Shown: piece after piece, positions 9,020 to 20,295 of the stretch
Layout: every line of letters begins with the position of its first letter
How positions within the stretch are numbered: position 1 is the stretch's first letter
Assembly: GCA_021815805.1 (NCBI GenBank)
Contig: JAKAZQ010000003.1
Coordinates: forward strand, 93,703 to 157,702
DNA from: Pseudomonadota bacterium
GTDB lineage: Bacteria > Pseudomonadota > Gammaproteobacteria > Burkholderiales > Burkholderiaceae_C
Reading direction: 5' to 3'
DNA: 64,000 nucleotides
The notes under the pieces: generated by a model
Seen by the model: the letters and a program-made list of their open reading frames with translations, nothing else
What the model was told of the DNA's origin: nothing
The model's database searches: none
Position numbers and translations under genes: made by a program

Positions 9020-10210
9020 TTATTTTAACGGCTCCGCACCGGGCATGGGCGCGGAAGCCTCGGCCGGCGCCGCGGGCGCGGCCTGCCAGGCACGCGCCAG
9101 CTGGCTCGCCAGGTCGGGCATCGCCGACAGCTGCTCGCACCACGCCTGCGCATGGCGCCGGATCTGCGGCAGTCGCGCGCAGAACTCCTGCCATGCATGG
9201 CGGAGCTCGCCGCCCTCGTTCCAGGCTTCCCACATCGCCGTCACCGCGTCGTGCACGGCCGGCTCGGCTGCCGCAAGGTAACGTCGCAGGAAGGCCTCGA
9301 GCTTGTCCAGGTGCGCCTGGTCGTGCTGCACGTAGGCATGCCAGATCATCGGCCGTGCGGCCCATTGCGCGCGCACGAAGGAGTCCTCGCCGCGCACCAC
9401 GCAGACGTCGGCTGCCCACAGCAACTCGTCGAAGCGCTCCTGCGGCACGAACGGCAGCGCGCACAGCGTCAGGCTGCCGCGCACCGTGCTCTGGCCCGTG
9501 GCCAGCTGCATGCTCAGCCAGTTGTCGACCTCCGCGCGCATCGGGCCCGGGCAGATCCACAACGTGGTCGGCCGGCTGGCCTCGGCCATCGCCTGCAGCC
9601 ACGGTGCCAGACCGCCGCGCGCATAGCTGAACAGCAACACGGTCAGCGCGTGCTCGGGAGGCGGCGGCAGGCCCAGCGAGCGCAGGGCGATGCGCCGCGC
9701 GCTCGGCAGGCGATCCCACGACGCGCGCCGCGCCAGCAGGTCGCTCTCGCGCAGCAGGCCTCCGGTGGCGGCTGTGAAGCCGGGAAAGAAGAACAGCTTG
9801 TCGATGCCGCCGGGTTGCGGCGATGCGCGCAGGTGCGCGCCCTCGACCCAGTCCTCGGCGCTGAGGTGTTCCAGGTTGAACCAGCGCACGCGCTTCGCCC
9901 CGAGTCGCTGGATGCGTTCGATGAACCCGGGCATCAGGTGGCAGCCGAACATTTCGACCACGACGTCACCAGGGTCGAGTTGCTGCTGCCGGGACCACGG
10001 CAGAATGTTCACCGAGTCCACGGTCTGCTGGCCCATGCGCGGCTGGATCTCCGGGCAGATGGCCGCGAAGGTGTTCAAATCGTCGACGAACAGGCGCACC
10101 ACGCAGCCGTGTTCGTGGGTCAGTTGCCGTGCCAGGCGCCACGCCACGCCCACGTCGCCGAAATTGTCCACGACATGGCACAACAGATCACAATTCAGAG
10201 GATGGCTCAT
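9020..10210 (-). CDS. earP: EF-P arginine rhamnosyltransferase EarP
   Basis: [57 protein letters not shown]; directly upstream of efp. Confidence 0.95.
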   Translation of the reverse strand: MSHPLNCDLLCHVVDNFGDVGVAWRLARQLTHEHGCVVRLFVDDLNTFAAICPEIQPRMGQQTVDSVNILPWSRQQQLDPGDVVVEMFGCHLMPGFIERIQRLGAKRVRWFNLEHLSAEDWVEGAHLRASPQPGGIDKLFFFPGFTAATGGLLRESDLLARRASWDRLPSARRIALRSLGLPPPPEHALTVLLFSYARGGLAPWLQAMAEASRPTTLWICPGPMRAEVDNWLSMQLATGQSTVRGSLTLCALPFVPQERFDELLWAADVCVVRGEDSFVRAQWAARPMIWHAYVQHDQAHLDKLEAFLRRYLAAAEPAVHDAVTAMWEAWNEGGELRHAWQEFCARLPQIRRHAQAWCEQLSAMPDLASQLARAWQAAPAAPAEASAPMPGAEPLK

Positions 10211-10282
10211 CGACAGCATTCGTGGCAGGAGGGCGCGCCCGCGCGGGCACCGGTCGAGCGCGCGCCGGGAATCCAGCATCCG

Positions 10283-10945
10283 GTGTACGACCCGGATTGT
10301 CGCCGCTGTTCGCGTCTTGCCGGGTTTCGCGACGCGGTTCGATTGCAGCATCCGCACTACGCCTGCCTTCCCGTGCCCTCTTTCGGGCCACGCGACGCGC
10401 GCCTGCTGGTCGTCGGGCTGGCGCCGGGACTGCACGGCGCGAACGCCACCAACCGCCCGTTCACCGGCGACGGCGCCGGCCCGCTGCTGTACGGAACCCT
10501 CGCCCGGCTGGGGCTCGCCGCGCGCGAGCCGGCGGTGCAGGTCGGCGATGCGGCCGCCAGCATCCGCGCCGCCGACGGCATGCGCCTGCTGGATTGCCGC
10601 ATCTGCAACGCCGTCAAGTGCCTGCCGCCCGCGAACAAGCCGAATCCGGCGGAGATCCGCGAGTGCAACGCCTATCTGCGCGCCGAGCTCGCGGCGATGC
10701 CGCGGCTGCGCGTCGTGCTGGCGCTGGGCACCGTGGCGCACGGCGCGGTGCTGCGCGCGCTCGGGTACAAGGCCTCGGCGGCGCGCTTCGGCCACGGCGC
10801 GCGGCATGCGCTGGACGGCCCGGTGCTGTACGACAGCTACCACTGCAGCCGCTACAACCAGAACACCGGCCGGCTCACCGCGGAGATGTTCCACGCCGTG
10901 CTGGCACGCGCCGCGGCCGAGGCCGCGGCCGGAGAGGCGCCGTGA
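10283..10945 (+). CDS. uracil-DNA glycosylase (family 5 / UdgB-like); start uncertain
   Basis: [59 protein letters not shown]. Confidence 0.9.
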   Translation: MYDPDCRRCSRLAGFRDAVRLQHPHYACLPVPSFGPRDARLLVVGLAPGLHGANATNRPFTGDGAGPLLYGTLARLGLAAREPAVQVGDAAASIRAADGMRLLDCRICNAVKCLPPANKPNPAEIRECNAYLRAELAAMPRLRVVLALGTVAHGAVLRALGYKASAARFGHGARHALDGPVLYDSYHCSRYNQNTGRLTAEMFHAVLARAAAEAAAGEAP

Positions 10946-12867
10946 GCACCCCGGGTCGCGATGCCCCGGATGGAGCAGCGGCCGCTGACGCGTCGGCCGA
11001 CGCCGCCGTGGACGCCGCGGCGCCGGCGCGCGAGGCGCTTGCGCGCCAGGTGGCGGCGCTGCCGCACCTGCCCGGCGTGTACCGCTATTTCGACGCCGCC
11101 GGCGTATTGCTGTACGTGGGCAAGGCGCGCGACCTGCGCAAGCGCGTGTCCAGCTATTTCCAGAAGGATCACGGCGGCACGCGCATCGGGCACATGGTGT
11201 CGCGCATCGAGCGCCTGGAGACCACGGTGACGGGCTCCGAGGCCGAGGCGCTGCTGCTCGAGAACAATCTCATCAAGACCCAGAACCCGCGGTTCAACAT
11301 CCTGTTCCGCGACGACAAGTCCTATCCTTACCTGAAGCTGGGAACCAGCCATGCATTCCCGCGCATGGCCTATTTCCGCGGTGCGGTGGATCGGCGCAAT
11401 CGCTATTTCGGGCCCTACCCGAGCGCGTGGGCGGTGAAGGAGAGCATCGCCGTGCTGCAGAAGGTGTTTCGCCTGCGCACCTGCGAGGACACGGTGTTCG
11501 CCAACCGCAGCCGGCCCTGCCTGCTGCACCAGATCCAGCGCTGCTCGGCGCCGTGCGTGGCGCGGATCTCGCAGGCCGACTACGCCGCCGACGTCGACGC
11601 CGCGACGCGTTTCCTTCGCGGCGAGCACGAGGTCGTGCTGGGCGAGCTGCAGCAGCGCATGCAGGAGCTCTCGGAGCAGCTGCGCTTCGAGGAGGCGGCG
11701 GTGCTGCGCGATCAGATCGGCGCGCTTTCGCGCGTGCTGCAGCAGCAGAGCATGGAGGTCGACGCCGACCAGGATGCCGACATCGTCGCGGTGGCGGTGC
11801 AGGGCGCGCGCGCCTGCGTCAACCTGGCCATGGTGCGCGGCGGACGCCATCTCGGCGACCGCGCCTACTTCCCCAGCCAGCTCGGAGGGCTGGACGAGGT
11901 GGCTGCGGGCATGGCGCCCGAGCAGGCGGTGCTCGAGGCCTTCGTCTCGCAGCACTACCTGGAACTGCCGCTGCCGGCGGTGCTGATCGCCTCCAGCGAA
12001 CTCCCCGCCGATCTGCTGCAGGTGCTGGAGCAGCATCGCGGGCAGCGTTGCCGCCTGGTCAGCAATCCGCGCGGCACGCGGCGGCGCTGGCTGGAGCTGG
12101 CCGAGCAGGGGGCGCGCCTGGCGCTGGCACGCCTGCTCGCCGACGAGGGGTCGCAGCATCGTCGCACCGATGCCCTGGTGCAGGCGCTCGGCCTGCCCGG
12201 CGACGATCCCGACGCGCTGTGCGTGGAGTGCTTCGACATCAGCCACACCGCGGGCGAGGCCACGCAGGCCTCCTGCGTGGTGTTCCAGCACCACGCCATG
12301 CAGCCTTCGCGGTATCGCCGATACGGCATCGAGGGCATCACGCCCGGCGACGACTACGCGGCGATGCGCCAGGTGCTGCATCGGCGCTACGCCAGGGTGG
12401 CCGAGAACAGCGGCGAGGGCCTGCCGGACGTCGTGCTGATCGACGGCGGGCGCGGCCAGGTGGCGGCCGCGCGCGCCGTGTTCGAGGAACTCGGGCTCGA
12501 CATCGGGCGCCTCGTCGGCGTCGAGAAGGGCGAGGGGCGCAAGGTCGGCCTGGAGGAGCTGGTGTTCGCCGACGGCCGTCCCAAGCTGGCGCTGGCGCCC
12601 GACAGCCCGGCGCTGCTGCTGGTGGCGCAGATCCGCGACGAGGCGCACCGTTTCGCCATCACCGGCATGCGCGCGCGGCGCGCCAAGGCGCGCACCGGGG
12701 GTTCGCGCCTGGAAGACATCGCCGGCGTCGGTCCGAAGCGCAGGGCGCGCCTGCTCGCCCGCTTCGGCGGTCTGCGCGGCGTCGCGCAGGCCAGCGTGGA
12801 GGATCTGATGAGCGTCCAGGGCATTTCGCGCGAGCTGGCGCAGGCGATCCACGCCGCGCTGCGCTGA
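10942..12867 (+). CDS. uvrC: excinuclease ABC subunit C
   Basis: [12 protein letters not shown]...[44 protein letters not shown]-terminal HhH. Confidence 0.97.
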   Translation: MSTPGRDAPDGAAAADASADAAVDAAAPAREALARQVAALPHLPGVYRYFDAAGVLLYVGKARDLRKRVSSYFQKDHGGTRIGHMVSRIERLETTVTGSEAEALLLENNLIKTQNPRFNILFRDDKSYPYLKLGTSHAFPRMAYFRGAVDRRNRYFGPYPSAWAVKESIAVLQKVFRLRTCEDTVFANRSRPCLLHQIQRCSAPCVARISQADYAADVDAATRFLRGEHEVVLGELQQRMQELSEQLRFEEAAVLRDQIGALSRVLQQQSMEVDADQDADIVAVAVQGARACVNLAMVRGGRHLGDRAYFPSQLGGLDEVAAGMAPEQAVLEAFVSQHYLELPLPAVLIASSELPADLLQVLEQHRGQRCRLVSNPRGTRRRWLELAEQGARLALARLLADEGSQHRRTDALVQALGLPGDDPDALCVECFDISHTAGEATQASCVVFQHHAMQPSRYRRYGIEGITPGDDYAAMRQVLHRRYARVAENSGEGLPDVVLIDGGRGQVAAARAVFEELGLDIGRLVGVEKGEGRKVGLEELVFADGRPKLALAPDSPALLLVAQIRDEAHRFAITGMRARRAKARTGGSRLEDIAGVGPKRRARLLARFGGLRGVAQASVEDLMSVQGISRELAQAIHAALR

Positions 12868-12922
12868 TTCCCGGCGCGCCGCGGGGCGCTGCCCCTGGGC
12901 CGGCGCCGTGGGCGATGGAATA

Positions 12923-13501
12923 ATGGCCCGCACCATGAACGTGCCGACCCTGCTCACCTGGCTGCGCGTGGCTGCCATTCCCCTGGTCATCGGCGTGTAC
13001 GCGCTGCCGTCGGCCTGGATGGACCTGCCCACGCGCAACCTGATCGCCGCCCTGCTGTTCGTGCTGGCCGGACTGACCGACTGGTTCGACGGATTCCTGG
13101 CGCGGCGCTGGAACCAGGTCTCGGCCTTCGGCTCCTTTCTCGACCCGGTGGCCGACAAGCTGATGGTCTCGGCGGCGTTGCTGGTGCTGCTGCAGCTCGG
13201 GCGCATCGACGCGCTGGTGGCACTGGTCATCATCGGGCGCGAGATCGCCATCTCGGCGCTGCGCGAGTGGATGGCGCGCATCGGACGCTCGCGCGCGGTG
13301 GCCGTGAACTGGCTGGGCAAGGTCAAGACCGCCACGCAGATGGTGGCGATTCCGCTGCTGCTGTTCGACGGGCGTCCGTTCGGGCTGCTGTCGGCGGCGT
13401 GGTGGGGCGGCTGGCTGCTCGACATCGCCGCCGTGCTCACGCTGTGGTCCATGCTGTATTACTTCAAGCTCGCGCTGGCGGGCGTCAAATTGTCCGACTG
13501 A
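12923..13501 (+). CDS. pgsA: CDP-diacylglycerol--glycerol-3-phosphate 3-phosphatidyltransferase
   Basis: TDWFDGFLARRWNQVSAFGSFLDPVADKL motif; follows uvrC. Confidence 0.96.
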   Translation: MARTMNVPTLLTWLRVAAIPLVIGVYALPSAWMDLPTRNLIAALLFVLAGLTDWFDGFLARRWNQVSAFGSFLDPVADKLMVSAALLVLLQLGRIDALVALVIIGREIAISALREWMARIGRSRAVAVNWLGKVKTATQMVAIPLLLFDGRPFGLLSAAWWGGWLLDIAAVLTLWSMLYYFKLALAGVKLSD

Positions 13502-13509
13502 CCCTTCCC

Positions 13510-14643
13510 ATGAACCCTTCGTCCGACATCTCCCGAGTTTCGTCGCCGGCCGGCGCCGGCTCCCGCGCCTGGCGCATCGCCGTGATCCCCGGCGACGGCA
13601 TCGGCCTCGAGGTCATGCCCGAGGGCCTGCGCGTGCTGCAGGCCGCGGCCACCCGGTTCGGCATCGCGCTGCAGATCGAGGAATTCGAGTTCGCCTCGTG
13701 CGACTACTACCTGCGCCACGGCCGCATGCTGCCCGAAGGCTGGGAGCAGCTGCTGGGCGGCTTCGACGCCATTCTGTTCGGGGCCGTCGGCTGGCCCGAC
13801 AAGGTTCCCGACCACGTTTCGCTGTGGGGCTCGCTGCTGCAATTCCGCCGCGTGTTCGACCAGTACGTGAACCTGCGTCCGGCGCGCCTGATGCCCGGGG
13901 TGCGTTCGCCATTGGCCGGGCGCTCGGCGGGCGATATCGACCTGTTGATCGTGCGCGAGAACACCGAGGGCGAATACTCGGACTGCGGCGGGCGCATGTT
14001 CGCGGGCACCGAGCGCGAGATGGTGGTGCAGGACACCATCATGACCCGCATCGGCGTGGATCGCGTGCTGCAGCACGGCTTCCAGGAGGCCGCGCGCCGG
14101 CCGCGGCGCCTGCTCACGTCGGCCACCAAATCCAACGGGATCTCGCGCACCATGCCGTTCTGGGACGAGCGCGTGCGCGCCGTCGCGCAGGGCCATCCGC
14201 AGGTGCGCTGGAACCAGTTCCACATCGATGCCCTGTGCGCCCGGCTGGTGCAGCGCCCGGAGGATTTCGATGTCATCGTCGGCTCCAATCTATTCGGCGA
14301 CATCCTCAGCGATCTCGCTCCGGCCTTGTGCGGAACCCTGGGTATCGCGCCATCGGCGAACCTGAACCCGCAGCGCAGTGCTCCGTCATTGTTCGAGCCG
14401 GTGCACGGTTCGGCGCCCGACATCGCCGGCAAGGGCGTGGCCAATCCGATCGGCCAGATCTGGAGTGCGGCGATGATGCTGGACTTTCTCGGCCATCGCG
14501 ATGCGCATGACGCCATCGTGGCGGCCATCGAGGCCGCCCTGGATCCGGCCGCGCAGGGCCCGCGCACCCCCGACCTCGGCGGCAACGCCGGCACGCGCGA
14601 CCTCGGGCGGGCCATCGCCGAACAGGTGGCGCGCGGCGCCTGA
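13510..14643 (+). CDS. tartrate / D-malate dehydrogenase (isocitrate/isopropylmalate DH family)
   Basis: IAVIPGDGIGLEV, PDHVSLWGSLLQFRRVFDQYVNLRP, SATKSNGI, FEPVHGSAPDIAGKG. Confidence 0.88.
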   Translation: MNPSSDISRVSSPAGAGSRAWRIAVIPGDGIGLEVMPEGLRVLQAAATRFGIALQIEEFEFASCDYYLRHGRMLPEGWEQLLGGFDAILFGAVGWPDKVPDHVSLWGSLLQFRRVFDQYVNLRPARLMPGVRSPLAGRSAGDIDLLIVRENTEGEYSDCGGRMFAGTEREMVVQDTIMTRIGVDRVLQHGFQEAARRPRRLLTSATKSNGISRTMPFWDERVRAVAQGHPQVRWNQFHIDALCARLVQRPEDFDVIVGSNLFGDILSDLAPALCGTLGIAPSANLNPQRSAPSLFEPVHGSAPDIAGKGVANPIGQIWSAAMMLDFLGHRDAHDAIVAAIEAALDPAAQGPRTPDLGGNAGTRDLGRAIAEQVARGA

Positions 14644-15031
14644 GGCGCCGTGCGGCGGCAGCCCTCGCGGCGTGCGCGCCACGCCGCCCGCATGCCCGCA
14701 GTTCCCTTGATTGACACGCGCTGTCGCGCTCGCTCTAATGCGTGGGCTGGCGCCGCGGGCCTTGAAAAGCGCGGCGTTGGGCGCAATCGCCGTGGTGCGG
14801 GCAGCGTGCTTCCAGGTACCCTTTCCAGTATGGAGGTCGGGAAGCCGGAGGGCCGCGCGGCGTTGCGGGATCTTGCCCAACCGGGTACGGGCGCGCTGGG
14901 TGTCGGTCGCCCGGGGCGCGTGCGCAGTTTCGGGAGGCATCACGACAGCGGTCCGCGAGCCTGCGCAGGCGCCGTGGCAGCGCATCGTCGATTCGTCGTT
15001 CAACCACACCATCCTCATTCAGGGGGCCAGA

Positions 15032-15304
15032 GTGAATAAAACAGAACTGATCGAACACATCGCCAAGAAGAGCGACATTTCCAAGGCGGCTGCCGCGCGC
15101 GCACTGGATTCGATGATCGAGGGCATCAAGGTCACGCTGAAGAAGGGCAACAGCGTCACCCTCATCGGCTTCGGCACCTTCGCCGTGACCAAGCGCCCGG
15201 CGCGTACGGGTCGCAACCCGCGCACCGGCGCGACCATCAAGATCAAGGCGGCCAAGGTGCCCAAGTTCCGCGCGGGCAAGGGCCTGAAGGACGCGCTGAA
15301 TTAA
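15032..15304 (+). CDS. hupB: DNA-binding protein HU
   Basis: GTG start; [11 protein letters not shown]...[21 protein letters not shown]...[14 protein letters not shown]. Confidence 0.93.
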   Translation: MNKTELIEHIAKKSDISKAAAARALDSMIEGIKVTLKKGNSVTLIGFGTFAVTKRPARTGRNPRTGATIKIKAAKVPKFRAGKGLKDALN

Positions 15305-15344
15305 ACTTGCGCGCCAGGCTCGCGCGGTCCGGAAGCACGCACAC

Positions 15345-15420
15345 GGGTGCTTAGCTCAGTTGGTAGAGCGGCGCCCTTACAAGGCGTAGGTCGGGGGTTC
15401 GAACCCCTCAGCACCCACCA
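15345..15420 (+). tRNA. tRNA-Val(TAC)
   Basis: GGGTGCTTAGCTCAGTTGGTAGAGC...CCTTACAAGG...GGTTCGAACCCC...CACCCACCA; 76 nt, encoded CCA. Confidence 0.97.
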
Positions 15421-15452
15421 TCTCCCGTCCGCGCCCTTCGCTGGGGCACACG

Positions 15453-15481
15453 AAGGCGAACCTCGGTTCGCCTTTTGTTTT
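15453..15481 (+). terminator. intrinsic terminator after tRNA-Val
   Basis: AAGGCGAACC-tc-GGTTCGCCTT stem followed by a T-rich tail. Confidence 0.7.
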
Positions 15482-15542
15482 GGTGCCTCTTGTCTCGAGG
15501 TTCCCCACGGCAGGCTGCTTCGCGGCGCCGCCCTTCGTCGCC

Positions 15543-17471
15543 ATGTTCGAGTTCGTCCGCAAGCACAACAAGTTTCTGCAGGTCGTGCTGTTCCTGCTGA
15601 TCTTCCCGTCCTTCGTGCTGTTCGGCATCCAGGGCTACAACCACTTCACGGGCGACGGCAACCTGGCAGCCAAGGTCGACGGCATTCCGATCACGCGGGA
15701 ACAACTCGACGAGGCGCAGCGCGAGCAGGTCGCGCGCCTGGAGCAGCAACTGGGTCCGAACGTCGACTTGCGCTCGCTCGACACGCCGCAGATGCGCCTG
15801 CGCACGCTGGATGCGCTGGTGCGCGAGGTGCTGCTGCAGGTGGCCGCACGCAAGCAGCACCTGAGCGTGGACGCGTCGGCGCTGCAGCATGCCATCCTGC
15901 AGATCCCGCAGATCGCCGCGTTGCACGACAAGAAGGGCGACTTCGACGTGCAGGCCTATCGCAGGCTGCTGGCAGAGCAGGGCATGACCCCCGCGCAGTT
16001 CGAGGCCAGCGTGGGTGCGCGCCTGCTGCAGCAGCAGGCGCTGGGCGGCATCGGCGACAACGCGCTCGCCAGCCGCGACGTGGCGCGCCAGCTCGTCGAG
16101 TGGCGCATGCAGACGCGCAGCGTGCGCGTGGCGCGCTTCGACGCGTCGAGCTATTCCGCGGACGTGCAGCCGGGCAATGCTCAGATCGAGGCCTACTACA
16201 AGGCGCACCTGTCGCAGTTTCAGGTGCCCGAGAAGGCCACCGTGCAGTACGTGGTCTTCGGCGTCGGCAGCCTGGGTGACGGCGCGCAGATCACCCCGGC
16301 GCAGGAGCAGGCCTATTACGACGCGCACAAGAGCCTGTTCCAGACCGCCGCGCAGCGTCGCGCCAGCCACATCCTGATCACGCTGCCGGCCCACGCCACG
16401 CCGGCGCAGGTGGCGGCGGCCAAGGCCCGGGCGAACGCCATCGCGCAGCAGGCGCGCCAGCACCCGGGGGACTTCGCCGCGCTGGCGCGCAAGGACTCGC
16501 AGGATCCCGGCACGGCCGCATCCGGCGGAGACCTCGGCTGGTTCACGTCGGATGCCATGGTCAAGCCGGTGGCGACGGCGGTATTCGGCCTGCACAAGGT
16601 CGGGGAGATCGCCGGTCCGGTACGCTCGCAGTTCGGCTTCCACATCGTCGAGCTCACCGGGATCCGCCCGGCCGAACACAAGACCCTGGCGCAGGCCAGG
16701 GCCCAGATCGACGAGGCGCTGCGCAAGCAGGCCGCGCAAAAGCTGTTCCAGCAGGAATCGGACAAATTCAGTTCGATGGTCTATGAAGACAGCCGCAGCT
16801 TCGACAAGGTGGCCAACCAACTGCACCTGCAGGTCTACACGGCCAGCGACGTGACGCCGCAGCCGCGCAGCGGGGATCCGCGCTTCGATCCGCTGGCCAG
16901 CCCGGCGTTCCTGCAGGCGCTGTTCGGCAAGCTCAGCGTGCGCGACAAGCGCAACATTGCCGCGGTCCAGGTGGCCCCGTCGACCCTCGCTTCGGGGCGC
17001 ATCGTCAGCCTGCAGCCGGCGACCACCCTCAGTTTCGCGCAGGCCCGCGATCGCGCGCGCGCGCTGCTGGTGCATGAACTGGCCGTGCAGCAGGCGGTGA
17101 AGGCGGGCGAGCAGGCCCTGGCGCAGGCGCGCGCCGGCAAGCTGCAGCCGGCCTGGGGGCCGACGCAGCAGGTTTCCCTGGCGCAGGAGTCGGCCAGTGC
17201 GCTGCCCGCGCCGGTGGTCGACGCGGTGTTCCGCACCGACACCGACAAGCTGCCGCGGGTGCTGGGGGTGCGTCTGCCGCACGAGGGATACATGCTGGTT
17301 TCCCTGGATGCCGTGCGCCATGCCCAGCCGAGCCCCGAGGACGTCCGCTCCCAGCAAGGCGTGATCGAACAGATCCTGGGCCAGGCTGCGGTGCAGGCCT
17401 ACATCGAGTCACTGAAGAAGCAGTACGGGGTGAAGATCCTCTACAACCCCACCAAGCAGGCGCAGGGTTGA
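15543..17471 (+). CDS. ppiD: periplasmic chaperone / peptidyl-prolyl isomerase D
   Basis: MFEFVRKH N-terminal anchor, SurA-like domain, parvulin motifs RASHILI, SQDPGTAASGGDLGWF, SQFGFHIV; synteny after hupB. Confidence 0.92.
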   Translation: MFEFVRKHNKFLQVVLFLLIFPSFVLFGIQGYNHFTGDGNLAAKVDGIPITREQLDEAQREQVARLEQQLGPNVDLRSLDTPQMRLRTLDALVREVLLQVAARKQHLSVDASALQHAILQIPQIAALHDKKGDFDVQAYRRLLAEQGMTPAQFEASVGARLLQQQALGGIGDNALASRDVARQLVEWRMQTRSVRVARFDASSYSADVQPGNAQIEAYYKAHLSQFQVPEKATVQYVVFGVGSLGDGAQITPAQEQAYYDAHKSLFQTAAQRRASHILITLPAHATPAQVAAAKARANAIAQQARQHPGDFAALARKDSQDPGTAASGGDLGWFTSDAMVKPVATAVFGLHKVGEIAGPVRSQFGFHIVELTGIRPAEHKTLAQARAQIDEALRKQAAQKLFQQESDKFSSMVYEDSRSFDKVANQLHLQVYTASDVTPQPRSGDPRFDPLASPAFLQALFGKLSVRDKRNIAAVQVAPSTLASGRIVSLQPATTLSFAQARDRARALLVHELAVQQAVKAGEQALAQARAGKLQPAWGPTQQVSLAQESASALPAPVVDAVFRTDTDKLPRVLGVRLPHEGYMLVSLDAVRHAQPSPEDVRSQQGVIEQILGQAAVQAYIESLKKQYGVKILYNPTKQAQG

Positions 17472-17531
17472 CGCGGCGAAAGAATCTTGCCGTGGCAGCG
17501 GCGAACATGCCTATAATGGCGGGTTTCCGGC

Positions 17532-17608
17532 GGTGGCTGTAGCTCAGTTGGTAGAGTCCAGGATTGTGATTCCTGTTGTCGTGGGTTCGAGTCCCATCAG
17601 CCACCCCA
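17532..17608 (+). tRNA. tRNA-His(GTG)
   Basis: GGTGGCTGTAGCTCAG...GGATTGTGATTCC...GGTTCGAGTCCCATCAGCCACCCCA; 77 nt with G-1. Confidence 0.97.
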
Positions 17609-17652
17609 AGCATTGGGCGACGAAGCCCGGCCAAGTGCCGGGCTTCGTCGTT
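17602..17652. repeat. direct repeat copy 1 (tRNA-His 3' end plus terminator hairpin), att-like
   Basis: CACCCCAaGCaTTGggCGACGAAGCCCGGCCAAGtGCCGGGCTTCGTCGTT; second copy at 22047-22097 with 5 mismatches. Confidence 0.85.
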
Positions 17653-17689
17653 GGGTTCCGGCCTGTTTCAGGGAGCTGGCGTCGCGTGA

Positions 17690-18124
17690 TCACGCCTTCA
17701 AGTGCGTGAACCGCGAACGCGACAACAGTTTCCTGAAGTCGCGGTCGAAGCTCACCAGATGTTCGCCCAGCTGCTCCACGGCGGCGGCCAGCCAGGCATC
17801 GGGAAGATCGTTGCCGGATAGCTGCTTGTCCAGGCACAACTGTCGCAGCCTCACCCATTCCGGGCCGAGGGGTGCCAGCTCGACACCGGGGGCTGCCAGC
17901 ATGGCGTCCACGAAAGCGACCGCATCGGCCGTGGGGGTCGGTTGAAGGAAGATCTTCGCGCTCGTGACCAGCCGCAGCAGGCTGGACAGAACCATCGGCA
18001 TCAAGGTCAACGTGCCACCGCTCTGCGCAGTCGCAAGCGCCTGCTCCAGCCACGCGCGTGCCACCCGATGATGCGGATGGTCGCTGCGCGAGGCTGCGAC
18101 GAGAACGTTGACGTCAGGCGTCAT
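17690..18124 (-). CDS. VapC PIN-domain ribonuclease toxin
   Basis: MTPDVNVLVAA...HPHH...; NDLPDAWLAA; LVSFDRDF acidic PIN motifs intact. Confidence 0.92.
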   Translation of the reverse strand: MTPDVNVLVAASRSDHPHHRVARAWLEQALATAQSGGTLTLMPMVLSSLLRLVTSAKIFLQPTPTADAVAFVDAMLAAPGVELAPLGPEWVRLRQLCLDKQLSGNDLPDAWLAAAVEQLGEHLVSFDRDFRKLLSRSRFTHLKA

Positions 18125-18359
18125 CTCCGAGTGCCTCCAGAAGCGCCTTGTTGCTTGTCGGATCGATGCCTTCGACGAGGCCGCCGCGCCCGTGGAATAC
18201 CGGCAGCTTCTTCCCTGGGCTGTCGGCGCCAGGGACCTTGGCGCGCAGCCGCAGCTGCAGCCCTTCCTCGATGATGCGGGTCAGGCTGGTGCGCTGTCGA
18301 GCCGCCAGCGCCTTCGCATTGGCGAGAAGCTGGTCGTTGAGATCGAGCGTGGTTTTCAT
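18114..18359 (-). CDS. VapB-like RHH antitoxin
   Basis: MKTTLDLNDQLLANAKALAARQRTSLTRIIEEGL; overlaps the start of the toxin. Confidence 0.88.
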   Translation of the reverse strand: MKTTLDLNDQLLANAKALAARQRTSLTRIIEEGLQLRLRAKVPGADSPGKKLPVFHGRGGLVEGIDPTSNKALLEALGDDA

Positions 18360-18366
18360 GCGTCAA

Positions 18367-18386
18367 TCATACAGAATTCTGTATGA
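18367..18386. promoter_or_regulatory. perfect 20-bp palindrome, probable VapBC operator
   Basis: TCATACAGAATTCTGTATGA is its own reverse complement and lies just upstream of the antitoxin ATG. Confidence 0.7.
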
Positions 18387-18419
18387 AGCACATGGCGCCA
18401 GCGTCTCGCCGCGACTTGC

Positions 18420-18488
18420 CTACGCATCCCACGGGTTGATGACCTTGAGGCCGGCCGCCTGAAACGGCGTCACGTCGCGCGTGGCGAT
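18420..18488 (-). pseudogene. C-terminal fragment of a FitB/VapC PIN toxin
   Basis: Translates IATRDVTPFQAAGLKVINPWDA*, the typical FitB-type C-terminus; no matching N-terminus nearby. Confidence 0.75.
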
Positions 18489-18898
18489 GCGCGCATTCAG
18501 ATCGCAGGGCTCTGGCGCGAAGGCCTCGACGCACACGAGCGCGCTGGCTCGACGAGTGGGAGCTTCAGCCTTTTCCACTATAGGGGTGACCAGCTCCAAT
18601 GTGTGGAATCAGTTAACGCGCCGATAGATCATATGATGGCGCGCAAACTACTGGCCGCCTCTGCTTCACCATCCCCGGAAACTGTGTGCGACGCGTCCGT
18701 GCCGCTCAAGTCCCTACTTTGACGACGACTGCGGTCTCCCCAGTCGTTGCCCAAGCTGACCGCGTTCATCGCCGACAGCTGGTTGGGCGAGAGCGATTCG
18801 AGCAGGGACGCCATGCCGCAGACCACGCGCCGCGGGCTGTTGCTTGCAGCTTCGTCGTTTACGGCCAACCGCTGTGCGAGGTTGCAACGGCGGGGTGA

Positions 18899-19405
<507 letters not shown>

Positions 19406-19696
19406 TCAGGCGGATTTCCAGGGAGCCTTCGCGCGCATGGTCTTCCGAAGGCGTTCGTTGGGCTGCGCCGGCTGATCGAGACGTGCGAGGAACTGCGCGT
19501 AAGCCTCCGGGCTGACGACTGTCAGCGCGCGGTCGAGCAAAATTTCTTCGGCCGCGCGCCGGGCAGCCTCGAGGATGAAGTCGGTGCGCGTCTTGCCGGT
19601 CGACGCGGCTGCGCGGTCGATGAGGTTGCGCTCGGCTGCCGGAATGCGCAGGTTCAGCGTGTCCCGACGCGGTTTGTCGGTGGTGGCTGCGGTCAT
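19406..19696 (-). CDS. DUF1778 (TacA/AtaR-like) antitoxin
   Basis: RRDTLNLRI...LIDRAAASTGKTRTDFILEAARRAAEEILLD...FLARLDQPAQPNERL. Confidence 0.93.
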   Translation of the reverse strand: MTAATTDKPRRDTLNLRIPAAERNLIDRAAASTGKTRTDFILEAARRAAEEILLDRALTVVSPEAYAQFLARLDQPAQPNERLRKTMRAKAPWKSA

Positions 19697-19746
19697 GTCG
19701 TGCGCTCCGATCCTGTGGAGGAAAACATGCAGGAGACTATCAGGTT

Positions 19747-19765
19747 GTAACGACTCTGTCATTAC
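19747..19765. promoter_or_regulatory. imperfect inverted repeat, probable DUF1778-GNAT operator
   Basis: GTAACGAC-tct-GTCATTAC about 50 bp upstream of the antitoxin start. Confidence 0.5.
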
Positions 19766-19974
19766 GGAGGATGGCGGCCTGGAAGGAGGGATGGATCGTG
19801 AAGCGTCGTCTCCAGGGTCACGAGAAGGTCGCGGAGCAGGACGGTGTCGGCTGCGGGGTCGACGGGCTGGTTCACGGTCTTGATGCCATGGAGCTGCAAT
19901 GCGCTGTGTTCGCGATGGCCGGCGGCCAAGGCTTCGAGGCCTTCTGCGATTTCTCCGAGCAAGTGGCGTTTCAT
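19762..19974 (-). pseudogene. probable N-terminal relic of an HTH (HigA/YiaG-like) antitoxin
   Basis: MKRHLLGEIAEGLEALAAGH resembles the N-terminus of such regulators; no HTH follows. Confidence 0.35.
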
Positions 19975-19992
19975 CGGGGGGCGTAGCGGTGG

Positions 19993-20292
19993 TCAGGCCG
20001 GCGACTGAACGTCGTGCTGCGTGACCAGGTCGACACCCAGTGCCCGGCAGACGCGCAGGATGGTGTCGAATCGCGGCTTGGCTCCGGGCTTCGGCGCGTT
20101 GTAGAGGTTCTCACGACCGAGTCCGCTGTCGGCTGCCAGCTTCGCCATTCCGCGCGCACGTGCGACATGACCCAGGGCGCGGAGGATCTCGTCGGAGTCC
20201 CCGTCGGTGAACACCTGGCGCAGGTACTCCGCGATGGCTTCGTCCGAGTCGAGCTCCGCGACGATGTCGAAGGGGATGAAGTTCTTGTGCAT
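19993..20292 (-). CDS. addiction-module antidote protein (HTH, HI1420-like)
   Basis: FDIVAELDSDEAIAEYL...ILRALGHVARARGMAKLAADSGLGRENLY...KPRFDTILRVCRALG. Confidence 0.9.
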   Translation of the reverse strand: MHKNFIPFDIVAELDSDEAIAEYLRQVFTDGDSDEILRALGHVARARGMAKLAADSGLGRENLYNAPKPGAKPRFDTILRVCRALGVDLVTQHDVQSPA

Positions 20293-20295
20293 GAT

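Noticed and set aside
8429-10210. efp(Arg32)-earP as a novel system
   Set aside because: Well-described EF-P rhamnosylation pair, expected in betaproteobacteria.
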